A stretch of DNA of 22,853 nucleotides from Hydrolagus colliei (Eukaryota), in assembly GCA_035084275.1 (NCBI GenBank). It is one part of the record CM068769.1 of this genome. One strand, 5' to 3'. Below the pieces are notes generated by a model. It saw only the letters and a program-made list of their open reading frames with translations. It was not told where the DNA came from and ran no database searches. Shown one piece after another: positions 9,954 to 20,019 of this stretch (position 1 is its first letter; each line of letters starts with the position of its first letter). The position numbers were made by a program, and so were the translations under genes.

Positions 9954-10263
9954 GGGCTCCGTGCACAGTAATACACAGCAGAGTCTGAAAGTCTCACTTG
10001 GGATGTAGTTAGTGGCACGGTTCTCTCCGCTTTATCCACCTTCGTTGAAAAACGTTCTTCTGGGAATTCTGCATGACGATGGTCTTTGCTGCTGGAGTGT
10101 ATCTGAACGATATATCCTGGAATTTGTTTGGGATTGAGACGATACCATATTAGGTAAGGATTGTTGTCGCTTGTCGTGAAATTACACTACAGATGCACAT
10201 CTTCGCCTTCGTCAATTGCCACAGTTGATTGGGGCTGTGTTACACTATCTCCTCCACACAGCC
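9954..10263 (-). pseudogene. TCR alpha/delta-type V pseudogene Vb (not in the ORF track)
   Basis: Acceptor ttccag|GG. GLCGGDSVTQPQSTVAIDEGEDVHL*CNFTTSDNNPYLIWYRLNPKQIPGYIVQ...RFSTKVDKAERTVPLTTSQVRLSDSAVYYCARSP, with TAG at 10189-10187 directly before Cys23. Paralogue of Vf. Confidence 0.9.
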
Positions 10264-10599
10264 CTGGAAACCAGACACACTTGAACGTTCAGCAAAATAA
10301 GAACAATAATAAAATTTGAACATGTGGATGTGGCATCTCACTTCTTCTAGACCACTCAAACTCGCGGTTCAGTAAAAACAACAATGAGTGTGGGGTAACT
10401 AAACTCGCCTCACGTATCACCTTGTTTGACCCGTGAATCGACCCACATAATCACGCTTGTGAGGCGAATACTCTAACTTTTTACGTACAGGACTCGACAA
10501 ATCCATGAGTAATGACACGTATTGGTTACTTTGTACAAGAAAAGATGGGGTGGATAATAAATCTTGTCAGCAACATTATATAATTCGTGTGTTTCTTAC

Positions 10600-10643
10600 C
10601 TGACAAGGTGATGAAGACTGATACCATGTATATACATTGCCAT
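10600..10643 (-). pseudogene. Leader exon of Vb, frameshifted
   Basis: 44 nt from ATG to donor GTAAGA, versus 46 nt in the Vf paralogue, consistent with loss of one TA unit. The shifted frame reads IYMVSVFITLS-G. Confidence 0.75.
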
Positions 10644-10810
10644 ATGTATTTAATGACCGGAGTGATAAGAGAGTGATGATGCTGTAGTTGGAAATGTTGG
10701 TCGGGAAGCAGTGAGATGCTGTGAGAAGGGCTGAACAGTAAATGACTTACACAAGTTGCCATACACTGTGAGGGAGCAGGTCTGCGTTTTATGTGTAACA
10801 AGGTTTTCTA

Positions 10811-10865
10811 TGTCATTGAGCGTCATTTGCTCTGCTCTGCCATCTCGCTCCTCGATTGGTTCTCC
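10811..10865 (-). promoter_or_regulatory. Vb promoter block (CRE-like half sites, CCAAT)
   Basis: Minus strand ATGACGCTCAATGACA plus CCAAT; conserved at the same distance upstream of Vf (20651-20700). Confidence 0.5.
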
Positions 10866-11961
10866 TCCAACCCTGACATGTCTTTGATCAACCAGGTGTC
10901 TGACACATGCACCAATTCACACCAATAATCCTGTTACAATTAGTCCAAACACGTATATGATATTAACGCAACTGTACTACCTGCGGATTCCTATAGCTTA
11001 GTGATATCAACACTCACCCCACAAGCAACGTGTCTGTGTTAGATTCTTGGAGGGCGAATTCTTAGATAAGTATCCTAACTCTACCCACACAATTCTGTTT
11101 GCACAGCAATCAGTACCAGTTCGATTATTTCTCGATTGATCTGGTTGTGTTTCAATGTTAATAATCATTCATAAAATAAGCTATTGAATACAACACTGTT
11201 TGTGTGACATTCCTGTGCACAATTGGTAGCCCGGTTTCGCCTGCAAATCGCCGAGTCACAATATTTTACAATGTAGTATGAAGCGATTAGTGATGTCTGA
11301 AGTTGGACATGGTATTCAGTGGAATACACTGAGTGTATACACAGGGCTAGATAGTGAAGTAATCTGTGATGGTTTCACATTCCCTGGGGCAGCCGGCAAT
11401 TCGGTAAAGATGTGAAACAATCCTTTGGGCGGGAGTTGGGTGGTGGTGGGGGGTTCAAAGCCAACGGGGAGGAGTCATGTGGCGTCAGCAGTTTCTCAGA
11501 TGTCTCTGGCCCAGTTAGTTGAACTATGCATTCCTGCCCCGTTTCCGCTCCAAGCTTCTGGGTTTGGGCAATAAACACATTGTTCTAGCATAACTCGTGC
11601 GTGCAAGATAGGTTCTGTGCATTTTAATTCGCTGAATTCAGCTTCATATATTAACATATATATATATTAATATAATAGCAATGCGTGGCTCTGAAGCATT
11701 GGGAAAGCCATCCAGATACTTGTGAGTATTCAGATCAAACTGTGTTCTGTATTTATGACTGTATTTGCTCAAGCAGCTTAAGAGCCTCTAAGTGTTTGAT
11801 TTGATGTAATAGAAGGCCATCCACCAATCGATTATCAACCAGAATTAAACTTGCTTCTCGGCAGAGAAACCCCAATAATGCTAATCATTGATTTTTATAT
11901 AGTGCTTTTGACATCATATTAACGTCCCAAAGCGCTTCTCAGTGTATACCGTTAAGTGAAA

Positions 11962-12058
11962 TGAACACAGAAGTTACTGGGAAACGCAGTAGGTTAGGAG
12001 CATCAATGGAGAAAGGAAAATGAGTCGAGCTTTCGGGTCGACGACCCTTCGGCTGAAT
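11962..12058 (-). mobile_element. Penelope-like element remnant with degenerate hammerhead-type motif, apparently nested in a SINE
   Basis: Minus strand GAAGGGTCGTCGACCCGAAAGCTCGACTC...CTCCATTGATGCTCCTAACCTACTGCGTTTCCCAG resembles, from my recall, the Penelope terminal repeat common in cartilaginous fish. It is flanked by a SINE tail (about 11885-11955) and body/head (about 12085-12320). Confidence 0.6.
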
Positions 12059-12552
12059 TTCGCAGTTTTTTCTGTTTGCATTCAGTAAAGTGAATTGACT
12101 GCATATTTGTGGGTGAAATCCGGCAGCTGATTGAACACAGAAGTGACCCTCGAAGCGTCGTGGGTTGCAAATGACCAATATATATTATTGTTGTGGTTTA
12201 TTTGTCGGCCGGATTATTATTGGGCAATTAGGACAAGGAAGTTTGCCCCAGGTTTCTCCCTGGTCAGGCTAGTCTCACGCTTGTAAGGTGAGTGTTCTAA
12301 CCGCATAGCTCAACGAGTAATTGGAACTAATCACGTCTTCCAGATGCTACTAAATCTCTGCTGGTTGTACAGTGATGTGGAATTACTGTGTATGTTTCCT
12401 GCTGAATGTAGCAGCCACACTTACACAGCAGTGTCCCAGAAACAGTCATCGACTGAAGAGGAACACTTTTTAAAATCAATCATTATTCCCATGAAAGCGA
12501 TCCGCCATTCGACGAAATACTGTATTCCTACTTAATGCTATGTAAATATATG

Positions 12553-12618
12553 TATGTGTTTGTATGTGTGTGTGTGTGTGTATGTGTGTGTGTGTGTGTG
12601 TGTTTGTGTGTGTGTGTG
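12553..12618. repeat. (TG)n microsatellite
   Basis: Direct reading. Confidence 0.95.
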
Positions 12619-12654
12619 GGGGGTAATGTAGCACGTCTATTATGTCCCCATGTG

Positions 12655-12718
12655 GCGAATGGAACTCAGGTCGGCTTGTTTACGAGGCGGGTGATCTGAA
12701 TGTTGAGCTACAGTAACC
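12655..12718 (-). mobile_element. tRNA-derived SINE head abutting the Vc RSS
   Basis: Minus strand GGTTACTGTAGCTCAACATTCAGATCACCCGCCTCGTAAACAAGCCGACCTGAGTTCCATTCG; starts 6 nt after the nonamer. Confidence 0.7.
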
Positions 12719-12724
12719 TCAGCT

Positions 12725-12763
12725 TGTTTTTCTACAGGATCCTCTTAGACACGCAGCACTGTG
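12725..12763 (-). other. 23-bp-spacer RSS of Vc
   Basis: CACAGTG (12763-12757), 23 nt, AGAAAAACA (12733-12725). Confidence 0.9.
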
Positions 12764-13046
12764 CTCTATGCTGCACAGAAGTACGTGGCGGTATCTGTCA
12801 CTCGCGTGTCTCTCATTGTCAGTGTGCTGTTCTTCTCTTTTGTATCAGCCAAAGCACTTATCCTCTCCTCCACCTTGACCTCTCTGCTTCCCTTCACCAG
12901 CAAATGGATGGAGCCGTTTTCATACTGTTTGTACCATTGGAAGGCTGGGGTGAGCAGAGTCGTGTTGCAATCGATGGATACATTTTCGTTTTCATTCCCT
13001 GTCAGTACCTGAGGACTCTGTGACACTTCTCTTTCAGCCAAGACAC
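12764..13046 (-). CDS. TCR alpha/delta-type V exon Vc (Va/Vg family; stop codon at the 3' end)
   Basis: Acceptor at 13047/13046. VLAEREVSQSPQ...SIDC...FQWYKQ...DTATYFCAA*, with TAG located 2 nt before the heptamer. Confidence 0.9.
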
Positions 13047-13162
13047 CTGGGGAATTGACATGGACATTCTTGGAAACAAATTCGGAAAATATCTAGCACA
13101 AAACTTGTCCTTATTTTGCAGTAAAACAAGTATGTGTTTATCCAAACTTGCACTCAACTTAC

Positions 13163-13220
13163 AGAAGAGCGAAATCATGAAATTAAAAGTAATATGTGTT
13201 GCTTGGTAACTTGGCTTCAT
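13163..13220 (-). CDS. Leader exon of Vc
   Basis: MKPSYQATHITFNFMISLF plus 1 nt (58 nt, same as Va); donor GTAAGT at 13162-13157. Confidence 0.8.
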
Positions 13221-13328
13221 TCCCAATCCTTGTCGTTTCATGTCAGAATCTCCGGGTGAAAAGCAAGGAGACACCAGCTAACTGCTGATAAACGTTCATG
13301 AATGTTTGTCGAGTGCCGCTAACTTTGT

Positions 13329-13384
13329 AGTATATAACTATACTATCGGTGACGCCACGACTGACGTCTCATTTCCTGTATGTT
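13329..13384 (-). promoter_or_regulatory. Putative Vc promoter (ETS, two CRE-like sites, TATA-like)
   Basis: ACAGGAAAT on minus (about 13379-13371), TGACGTCT (13362-13369), TGACGC (13350-13355) and a TATATA tract. Confidence 0.5.
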
Positions 13385-14189
13385 TGCTTGTTTGACATTC
13401 ATTCCCCAATCGACTACAAGCAGCGTTCGTTCAGTCCAGAAGATAGGAAGTGACTGCACTTTTCAATAAGTGACTGCACTTTGCAATCGCTTTGAATCAG
13501 TTGAATTACGTAATCTTTGGCTGCATATCATGCAGCAACAGATTCAGCCACAAATACATACAGTCAATAAACTTTACAGTGTAATCTATGAAGCGCTATG
13601 GGACGCTGATAATATGTGGAAAGCGCTATATCAAAAGCAAAGGATTATTATATTATATATTATATAAGCAAACATAGCTATTACTGTTCGTAATATTATT
13701 TTAGGATCTAATTGGAATGTATTATCGGAAGAACTGTCCATAGATGCATTTATTTAGCGATAAAAGTTACTTCCATGCATTATTATGTCAAGTCATTGAA
13801 GCGTCTCATAGGTCTGCATAGATTCTACTCTCGAGGGCAGAGACAGAATATTTGGCAAACTCAGCATTTAGTTTGTGTAACACAATGTCCCACGATCACA
13901 TGTGAAGTGACCGTACAATTGTGCTGGAACAATGTCTGCCACGGCACCAGTAGAAACTCTGTTCACCCTGGAGCAAAGCCATGAAATCATTATTGCCTCT
14001 TGTTTCAAGCCACGTGAAAATCCCTTTCATGTCTTCTTGGATTGACAGCTTCTCCGACACTGCAGCCACCGCCAGGAAAAGCGACCCACTAACTGGCTAA
14101 CAGACAGGTTACAATGTACTGCTGTAACCTGCTGTAAACGTGTATTTGTATGCCGAGTATGGGACCATGCATAAGGATTTGGGATTCGG

Positions 14190-14256
14190 ACTGGGAATCC
14201 AACTCAGGTCCACTCGGTTGCAAGGTGAATACTCAATCCACTGACCTCCTGGACTC
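14190..14256 (-). mobile_element. tRNA-derived SINE head about 100 bp 3' of the Vd RSS
   Basis: Minus strand AGGTCAGTGGATTGAGTATTCACCTTGCAACCGAGTGGACCTGAGTTGGATTCCC. Confidence 0.7.
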
Positions 14257-14359
14257 CTCAGACTCTGCACAACATCCCCTCTGTTGTACTCGTGTAATCA
14301 CATAAAATTACTGAAAGCGCCAAGTTCAATGTGTGAGAGGAACTCATGAGTATCTAGTG

Positions 14360-14398
14360 AGTTGTTGTACGAGCAATCTGCCCTTCTGTAACAGTGTG
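14360..14398 (-). other. 23-bp-spacer RSS of Vd
   Basis: CACACTG (14398-14392), 23 nt, ACAACAACT (14368-14360). Confidence 0.85.
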
Positions 14399-14696
14399 GG
14401 CTCCACGGCACAGAGATACACGGCGGTGTCACTCACAACCATCCTGAGAATCTGCAAGTTAATTAATTTCTTCCCCTTGTTCACCTCGGCAGTGAAACGG
14501 TCAGCAATTCCAACAGCTTTGTCTACCTTTCCCGAAGCATATATCCTGAGGAAATACTGAAGAGCTCCATCGGGATATTGCCTGTAGCAGAAGATAGTGT
14601 CTATTCTTGAAACGTTCATTCTTATTGTCACGTTTTGTCCTTCAAGTTCTGTTATCTCAGGGGGGGTTTGGTATATGACACCACTCCCATTGGCCA
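14399..14696 (-). CDS. TCR alpha/delta-type V exon Vd, open frame, atypical core (no Cys23; Trp41 replaced by Cys)
   Basis: Acceptor ttccag|TG. ANGSGVIYQTPPEITELEGQNVTIRMNVSRIDTIFCYRQYPDG...DRFTAEV...SDTAVYLCAVEP. Confidence 0.88.
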
Positions 14697-15269
14697 CTGG
14701 AAAAACAATACATTTCCAATCAAAAATATGAGTTACAATTCTCTTTACTATGTATATTATGGAGAGCTTTTACACGTCTAAAATGTCAATATGAAACGCA
14801 AGAGTTGCTGTTATTACTGTAGCTTTGCTGGGGAACGGTAAACGATCACTAGTGTTTTGGTGCTGATAGATTTTCTGTCTGTGTTTGTAAATGTTAGAAC
14901 TGCTTATACTTGCGAAGTTGTTCCATTCAACTTTTAACCTTGATTTTCTGTAGCTCGTGAAATAATTCATTAAAAGCTACTTCCAAATTAAAAATACACA
15001 TGTCTTGGGTTTGTGTGTTTGCATTATCTCGTCTTGGCGCCGTCTCCAATCGCTTCAATGATGTGAAGCGAATTTAATGTATGTTCTGTTGGAGGAAACT
15101 CGGCATTCAACTGTGGGTAGCTGTATCCCAAAGTCATTCTTGGATTGATCGATCAAACTAATATTATGTAAAAAATCTTTTTAGAAAGCGATTCATTAAT
15201 TAAATAACAACAACGAAAACATTAAACCCATGTGCGCAGCATGCATTGGTCATGTCCAAACATACTTAC

Positions 15270-15315
15270 TGTTTAGAGTGAGAATTACTATCAGTAACTG
15301 GCAGTGGGCTGCCAT
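15270..15315 (-). CDS. Leader exon of Vd
   Basis: MAAHCQLLIVILTLN plus 1 nt (46 nt); donor GTAAGT at 15269-15264; ACAGGAAG ETS motif at 15358-15351 just upstream. Confidence 0.82.
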
Positions 15316-15504
15316 GCTGGCTGCTCAGGTGTGGACAGATAATAGAGTTTCTTCCTGTAAAAATGGCTGCTTTGATGCTTCAGTTTAATGTTGTGAGGCA
15401 GCGGTGGGTCTGACGTGTGAAGTGGGATATTGTCTACATGTGTAGGCGTTGCCCACTAACTAGTGGATCTTGAACTTGATCCACCGGAACTTGGGACTTT
15501 CTCC

Positions 15505-15845
15505 CGACGTGCGACCTGTGCTGCGCAGTGGTTAGAGCTCTCTGCTTACAAGCGTGAGACCTGTGTCTGAATCTAGGCACATCAGGGCGAAACCTTGGGC
15601 CAGTCTCCTAACTCCACACACACACACCTAATAATATTCCGTTCAAAAATACACAATAATAAAAATGGGTCTTTTCAAGCCACGGCTGTTTGTGAGGATG
15701 ATGCTTGCTGTGTGCAATTGTCTACTGTGGTTTACCCACAAATACACAGTCACTTGCTTGGCAGTATATTGTGTGAAACGCTTTGAGACGTCGAAAAAAT
15801 GTGAAAAGCGCTAAATCAAATGTAAATATTATTAATTTAAAATAT
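15505..15845 (+). mobile_element. tRNA-derived SINE with L2-like 3' tail
   Basis: Head gcagtggttagagctctctgcttacaagcgtgagacc, central cccacaaatacacagtca, tail gcgctttgagacg...gaaaagcgcta; collinear with 18018-18340. Confidence 0.75.
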
Positions 15846-16123
15846 GTAATGTTTTTTTTTTGCTGCTGTACCGGTGATTGGAAGCTGATGTATCTCGGAA
15901 AAGAATGGAGAGTGGACTTGCAGTTAGCATACAAACAAACTGATATAGATGAACGCAACTCACAAGTGAGCCGACTTGTGTTTGATTCCCAGGCAGGGCG
16001 ATACTTTGGGCAAATGTTCTTAATCTACACACGCAACTGCGTGTCGCTGACAATGAGTCGGATCGTGTAAATTAGTATATTGGTGGATCGCGTTGATGTC
16101 GTCATCAACCCTTCAAAGTTAAT

Positions 16124-16148
16124 TAATAATAATAATAATAATAATAAT
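16124..16148. repeat. (AAT)n microsatellite
   Basis: Direct reading. Confidence 0.9.
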
Positions 16149-16793
16149 GATTTTGTATTTCCTTCCCTGTCTGTTTTGGGGAACATGTTGCGTCCGCGGT
16201 GTTTCCCGCACAAAATATACAGTTACTAATTGATGCAGCAGATCGTGTTTTGTACTATCAATTGTCTGGGTGATGTGATAATACACTATATCGAAATCAC
16301 AAATTATAATTTTTTATAACTCACAAAAGTGTGTAATTTGTAAGCACTTTGAGATGTGTGGAAGATTTGAAACTGTATTCCCCTTTGTTGGGAATACATC
16401 TAAGCAAATAAGCTGTGAACTATGATTTCTAACGTGAGAAAAATAGGCCAGTATGAAAAGTGTTCCCAAATGAAACCAATAAAGAAAAACAGATTGCTGT
16501 TATCGAAATCTAATACCTTGATCAAACCAATAAGATCCACGGAAGGGCGGATGCTTGTTTGTGAGAAGTACAACAAAAAATATGGATACATTGTTCATTA
16601 GTCAACCGAAGCCTTGCGTTAATCAGGCTTTAGACAAACATTTGTACATTTCAGCTGAGCCAGCTATAGTGTATAGCAGGGAAACAGTGTCAACTGTAAC
16701 AGCAAGCACCTGCTGTGGCTGCCAAGCAAGTTGTTATAGAAAGCAACGTGGGAAGTTACGTCAGTTGCCGCTGGTGTTATAGGTGTGTTTATA

Positions 16794-16807
16794 TCGCCAT
16801 CTGCTGG
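16794..16807 (-). promoter_or_regulatory. CTCF core motif (paralogue of 1974-1987)
   Basis: Minus strand CCAGCAGATGGCGA, one mismatch to CCASYAGRKGGCRS; same orientation as the first site. Confidence 0.6.
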
Positions 16808-17536
16808 TTGATTGCAGCTAGAACACGTGTACTGCAGAGACAAATGATTGCAAATTGATTTCGACCCACCATATCTTTCCTGTTCCTATCCTATCCTTTG
16901 GATACTTACACCTTATTCCCATTTCCCTGCTCGTTTCTCATATTGCCTATGCCTCAATGGGACATTCGACTCCAACTTCATTCACACTCTCGTATTGCGA
17001 CGTGTCTCTGCTGGTGCGTGGCACAGACTATTTAATTTTTTTCCTTGTACTTCTCTTGTATTTGGTAATGTTACATTTCGTTACGTTGACATTAAGAATT
17101 TACATTGCTGAATCATAAGCTTTATATGGATATACATTTATATTACTTTTATACAGCGACTCGCACATTGATGTCTCAAGGTGCTGTATTCCCTAGAGGA
17201 AAAGTGACAACTAATCTGGGTACTTGTTAAATATAACCCTCTCTTCTCACTGTCCCATAGAACAACAGTTATGGTGGTTGAAGGTTTGGTTTGCTTAAGC
17301 GTTGATTTAGTTTGTTCTAACTGCACACCCAGAAATGGGTCCAGCTATATTTTCGGCCGGATAAATCGAGTTTTCTAACTACTGAGCTACAGGAGCTAAT
17401 TATAATCGCATGAAAAGTGGGTTCACACTTACAGTAAGTTAATCAGAGATGTGTGGATTAAGGAAACGTGCCGAACTACAAACACTTGTAATTAGATAAC
17501 GCCTTCTACGCATCTTAGAAAGATTCTCCCTCAATA

Positions 17537-17594
17537 GGAATCGAACCCAGTTCCTACCGAGTTGAGTGCTACAACCAATATGGCACATAACGCC
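17537..17594 (-). mobile_element. tRNA-derived SINE head abutting the Ve RSS
   Basis: Minus strand GGCGTTATGTGCCATATTGGTTGTAGCACTC...GGGTTCGATTCC, with a perfect B-box at 17547-17537; starts about 5 nt after the nonamer. Confidence 0.75.
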
Positions 17595-17599
17595 ACAAG

Positions 17600-17637
17600 G
17601 CTTTTTGTACGGGTGTCTCGGGGATGCCTTCGCTGTG
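17600..17637 (-). other. 22-bp-spacer RSS of Ve
   Basis: CACAGCG (17637-17631), 22 nt, ACAAAAAGC (17608-17600). Confidence 0.85.
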
Positions 17638-17921
17638 GGCCTCAGTGCACAAACATAGGCAGCGCTGTCGCTGAGCTGGAGGTTGTCGATCTTGAACTGG
17701 AAATGTTTCTTAGAGGAATCCATCAGGGCAGAGAAGCGTTCGTGACTGATATTCCTCCCGTAGGAATGCCTTTGGATGAGGAAAGCGGGCCCTTCACTGC
17801 GGCGCTGGCGGTAAAGCAGCGCTGATATGCTGTCACTAGTCGTGGAGACATTACAGTGAGGCGCCTTCGAAACGCCAGTCTGCTTTCGGGACCTGCCTCA
17901 CCGAAACTCCATCACTGATTC
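17638..17921 (-). pseudogene. TCR alpha/delta-type V pseudogene Ve (frameshift in FR1)
   Basis: GISDGVSVRQVPKADWRFEGASL* with TAA at 17853-17851. The shifted frame reads CNVSTTSDSISALLYRQ...ERFSALMDSSKKHFQFKIDNLQLSDSAAYVCALRP. About 11 nt are missing before Cys23 relative to the other V exons; the Trp41 position is Leu. Confidence 0.88.
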
Positions 17922-18017
17922 CTACAGGAAACAATTGTGTAATTCAGTGTTGAAACGATCAATACTAAGTTAGAAAACAAACGCTATTGTGGGCCACATT
18001 TCATAGAGTATATGTAG

Positions 18018-18340
18018 TTCCTGTAGCTCAGAGGTTGGAGCACTCGCGTTACAAACGTGAGACCTTTGTTCATATGCAGGCAGATCAGGAAGAGACTTTG
18101 GGCGAGTTTCCTTACTCCACATGCGCGACTAATAATAATCCCTCCGAAAAAACAAAATATTGTGATGAAAACTGGTCATTTTCAACGCACGACTGTTTGT
18201 GGGAACGCTGGTGTGTGCAATTGGCTGCCACGTTTCGCCAACAACTATACAGTCAATTCACTTTAATGTAATCTGTGAAGCGAATCGAGACGCCGATAAG
18301 ACGTGAAAAGCGCTATATCAAATCAACGGTTATAATTACT
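18018..18340 (+). mobile_element. tRNA-derived SINE with L2-like tail, in the Ve intron
   Basis: gttcctgtagctcagaggttggagcactcgcgttacaaacgtgagacc head through gaaaagcgctatatcaaat tail. Confidence 0.75.
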
Positions 18341-18708
18341 GTATACTATGACACACTTTGAGACGCTTTGAGAATGTCTTCACACACGGGGATATTTTGT
18401 TCTACAAGATGAATGTCTGTAAGAATTTGTCAGTCATTTGAATATTAAACTGCATCGTCCTTCAAATGGAAACCTCTAATAATAATCATCCTTAAAACTT
18501 ATATAGCGCTTTGCACGTTTTCTAGACGTCATTAAGCGCTTCACAGAATATACTTTAAAGTGAATTAACTGCAGATTTGTGGGTGAAACGTGACAGCGAA
18601 TTGTGCACAGCAATGCTAAAGTAACCAGGGTTAATGGAGACTCTGTTTAGAGATGACCCGTGGTATTGACTTGGATGGCTGTCGGTAATGATATCTAGAT
18701 TAACTAAC

Positions 18709-18757
18709 CATGTAGTGAGAATGCGATGGCTGCGGAGAGCAAATATCCCAACTGCAT
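18709..18757 (-). CDS. Leader exon of Ve
   Basis: MQLGYLLSAAIAFSLH plus 1 nt (49 nt); donor GTTAGT at 18708-18703; phase 1; AGTGACGCA CRE-like motif at 18875-18867 upstream. Confidence 0.72.
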
Positions 18758-19401
18758 TGCGTTCAGACACCACAATCAGCGTTTATCTCTCTGCTGCTCT
18801 TGACACCGTGTGACACTGAGGCCATTAATAAAGCTGAGAACACTTTGTGATGTTGTCTCTTATCTGTGCGTCACTATCTCGTACCTCGAGCTGCTGTGGG
18901 CGTGTAGGACTGCTCCAATCAGATTCAGGCTTAAACTTGTACATTTGATCCTGAGTATACACACCCACAAATTACACAGTCAATTCACTTTACAGTATAG
19001 TCATTGAGAAATATTAATGGTAAGGCGATTGATCAGATGGAAGGACCATTATAATAACGACTTATTTCCTCATTCAAACGCTATCGCCTTCAGTCTTCAT
19101 TACAAACTTGAAACTTTAGATGATCTTATATTTATTGTAATACCAATATATCCGACCCACCTTTATATCTCAACAAATACATGTAAAAGTTGCATAAATA
19201 CAAGCAACATTGAATCAAACCTCAGTGTTTCTTTGAATTCAGTTAGTAATTCATTATTAATACTAAACTTATTTTGAAGGAATTATATCTACTGTAGATG
19301 AATTAATTCACGAGTCACCCAAAAAGGGGGTTGCTACTGACTCCTGTCTAAATAGAGGTATACACATACTAAGAAATCTTGTCCAAAGTTTTGCGCAGCA
19401 C

Positions 19402-19465
19402 GTAGTCGAACCTAGGTACTCTCGCTTCCGAAGCGACTTGCTCTCACTTCTGAGCTAGAGGACAC
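19402..19465 (-). mobile_element. tRNA-derived SINE head abutting the Vf RSS
   Basis: Minus strand GTCCTCTAGCTCAGAAGTGAGAGC...CCTAGGTTCGACTAC, with clear A- and B-box-like segments. Confidence 0.75.
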
Positions 19466-19473
19466 GGCATGAT

Positions 19474-19512
19474 AGTTTTTGTAGGGCGGTAACGCTGTTC
19501 TTTGTCTCTGTG
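19474..19512 (-). other. 23-bp-spacer RSS of Vf
   Basis: CACAGAG (19512-19506), 23 nt, ACAAAAACT (19482-19474). Confidence 0.92.
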
Positions 19513-19822
19513 GAGCTCAGTGCACAGTAATACACCGCCGAGTCGGTGACTCTCACTTGGGATATATTTAATGGGACGGTTCTCGCCGCTTTATCCACTG
19601 TTGTTGAGAAACGCTCTTTTGTAAAGTCTGCGTATTTGTGCTTGTTCCTGGTTGATGTGCTGAGGATGTATTCTGGGGGTTTGTAGGGGTATTGTCGGTA
19701 CCAAAACAAATATGGATTGTCGCTGATTGTCACTGTGTAATTGAACTGCAGATACACATTCTCCCCTTCATTCACTGTCACAGTCGCTGGGAGCTGTGTC
19801 GCCGAGTCTCCTCCACAATGCC
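19513..19822 (-). CDS. TCR alpha/delta-type V exon Vf, open frame but Cys23 replaced by Phe
   Basis: GHCGGDSATQLPATVTVNEGENVYLQFNYTVTISDNPYLFWYRQYPYKPPEYIL...RFSTTVDKAARTVPLNISQVRVTDSAVYYCALSS. Confidence 0.9.
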
Positions 19823-20019
19823 CTGGGAAACACAAGCACATCAGCGTTTAATGCAATAATAACGTAAACATACTTGTGTTTGATACAGCATCGCATAGAG
19901 TGAATCTCCAAGCGTGCCATCTCCAAGCGTTTCACTGACTATATATTGACTCCATTTTGTGGGTGAAAGCGGCAGGCAGTTGAGTGCATCTTTCCAGCAC
20001 AAACGGTCATGGAATAATA

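Noticed and set aside
10187-10192. AID hotspot origin of the Vb stop (TGCA context, C to T)
   Set aside because: A single transition cannot be distinguished from ordinary germline mutation.
14399-17921. NAR-TCR supporting V-delta, IgNAR-like V or IgH-like (TAIL) V segments
   Set aside because: Leaders were found for Vd and Ve, there is no CDR1 cysteine of the supporting-V type, no dedicated D/J segments or 12-RSS were seen, and the sequences lack IgH-type FR2/FR3 motifs. A phylogeny would be needed to exclude this fully.
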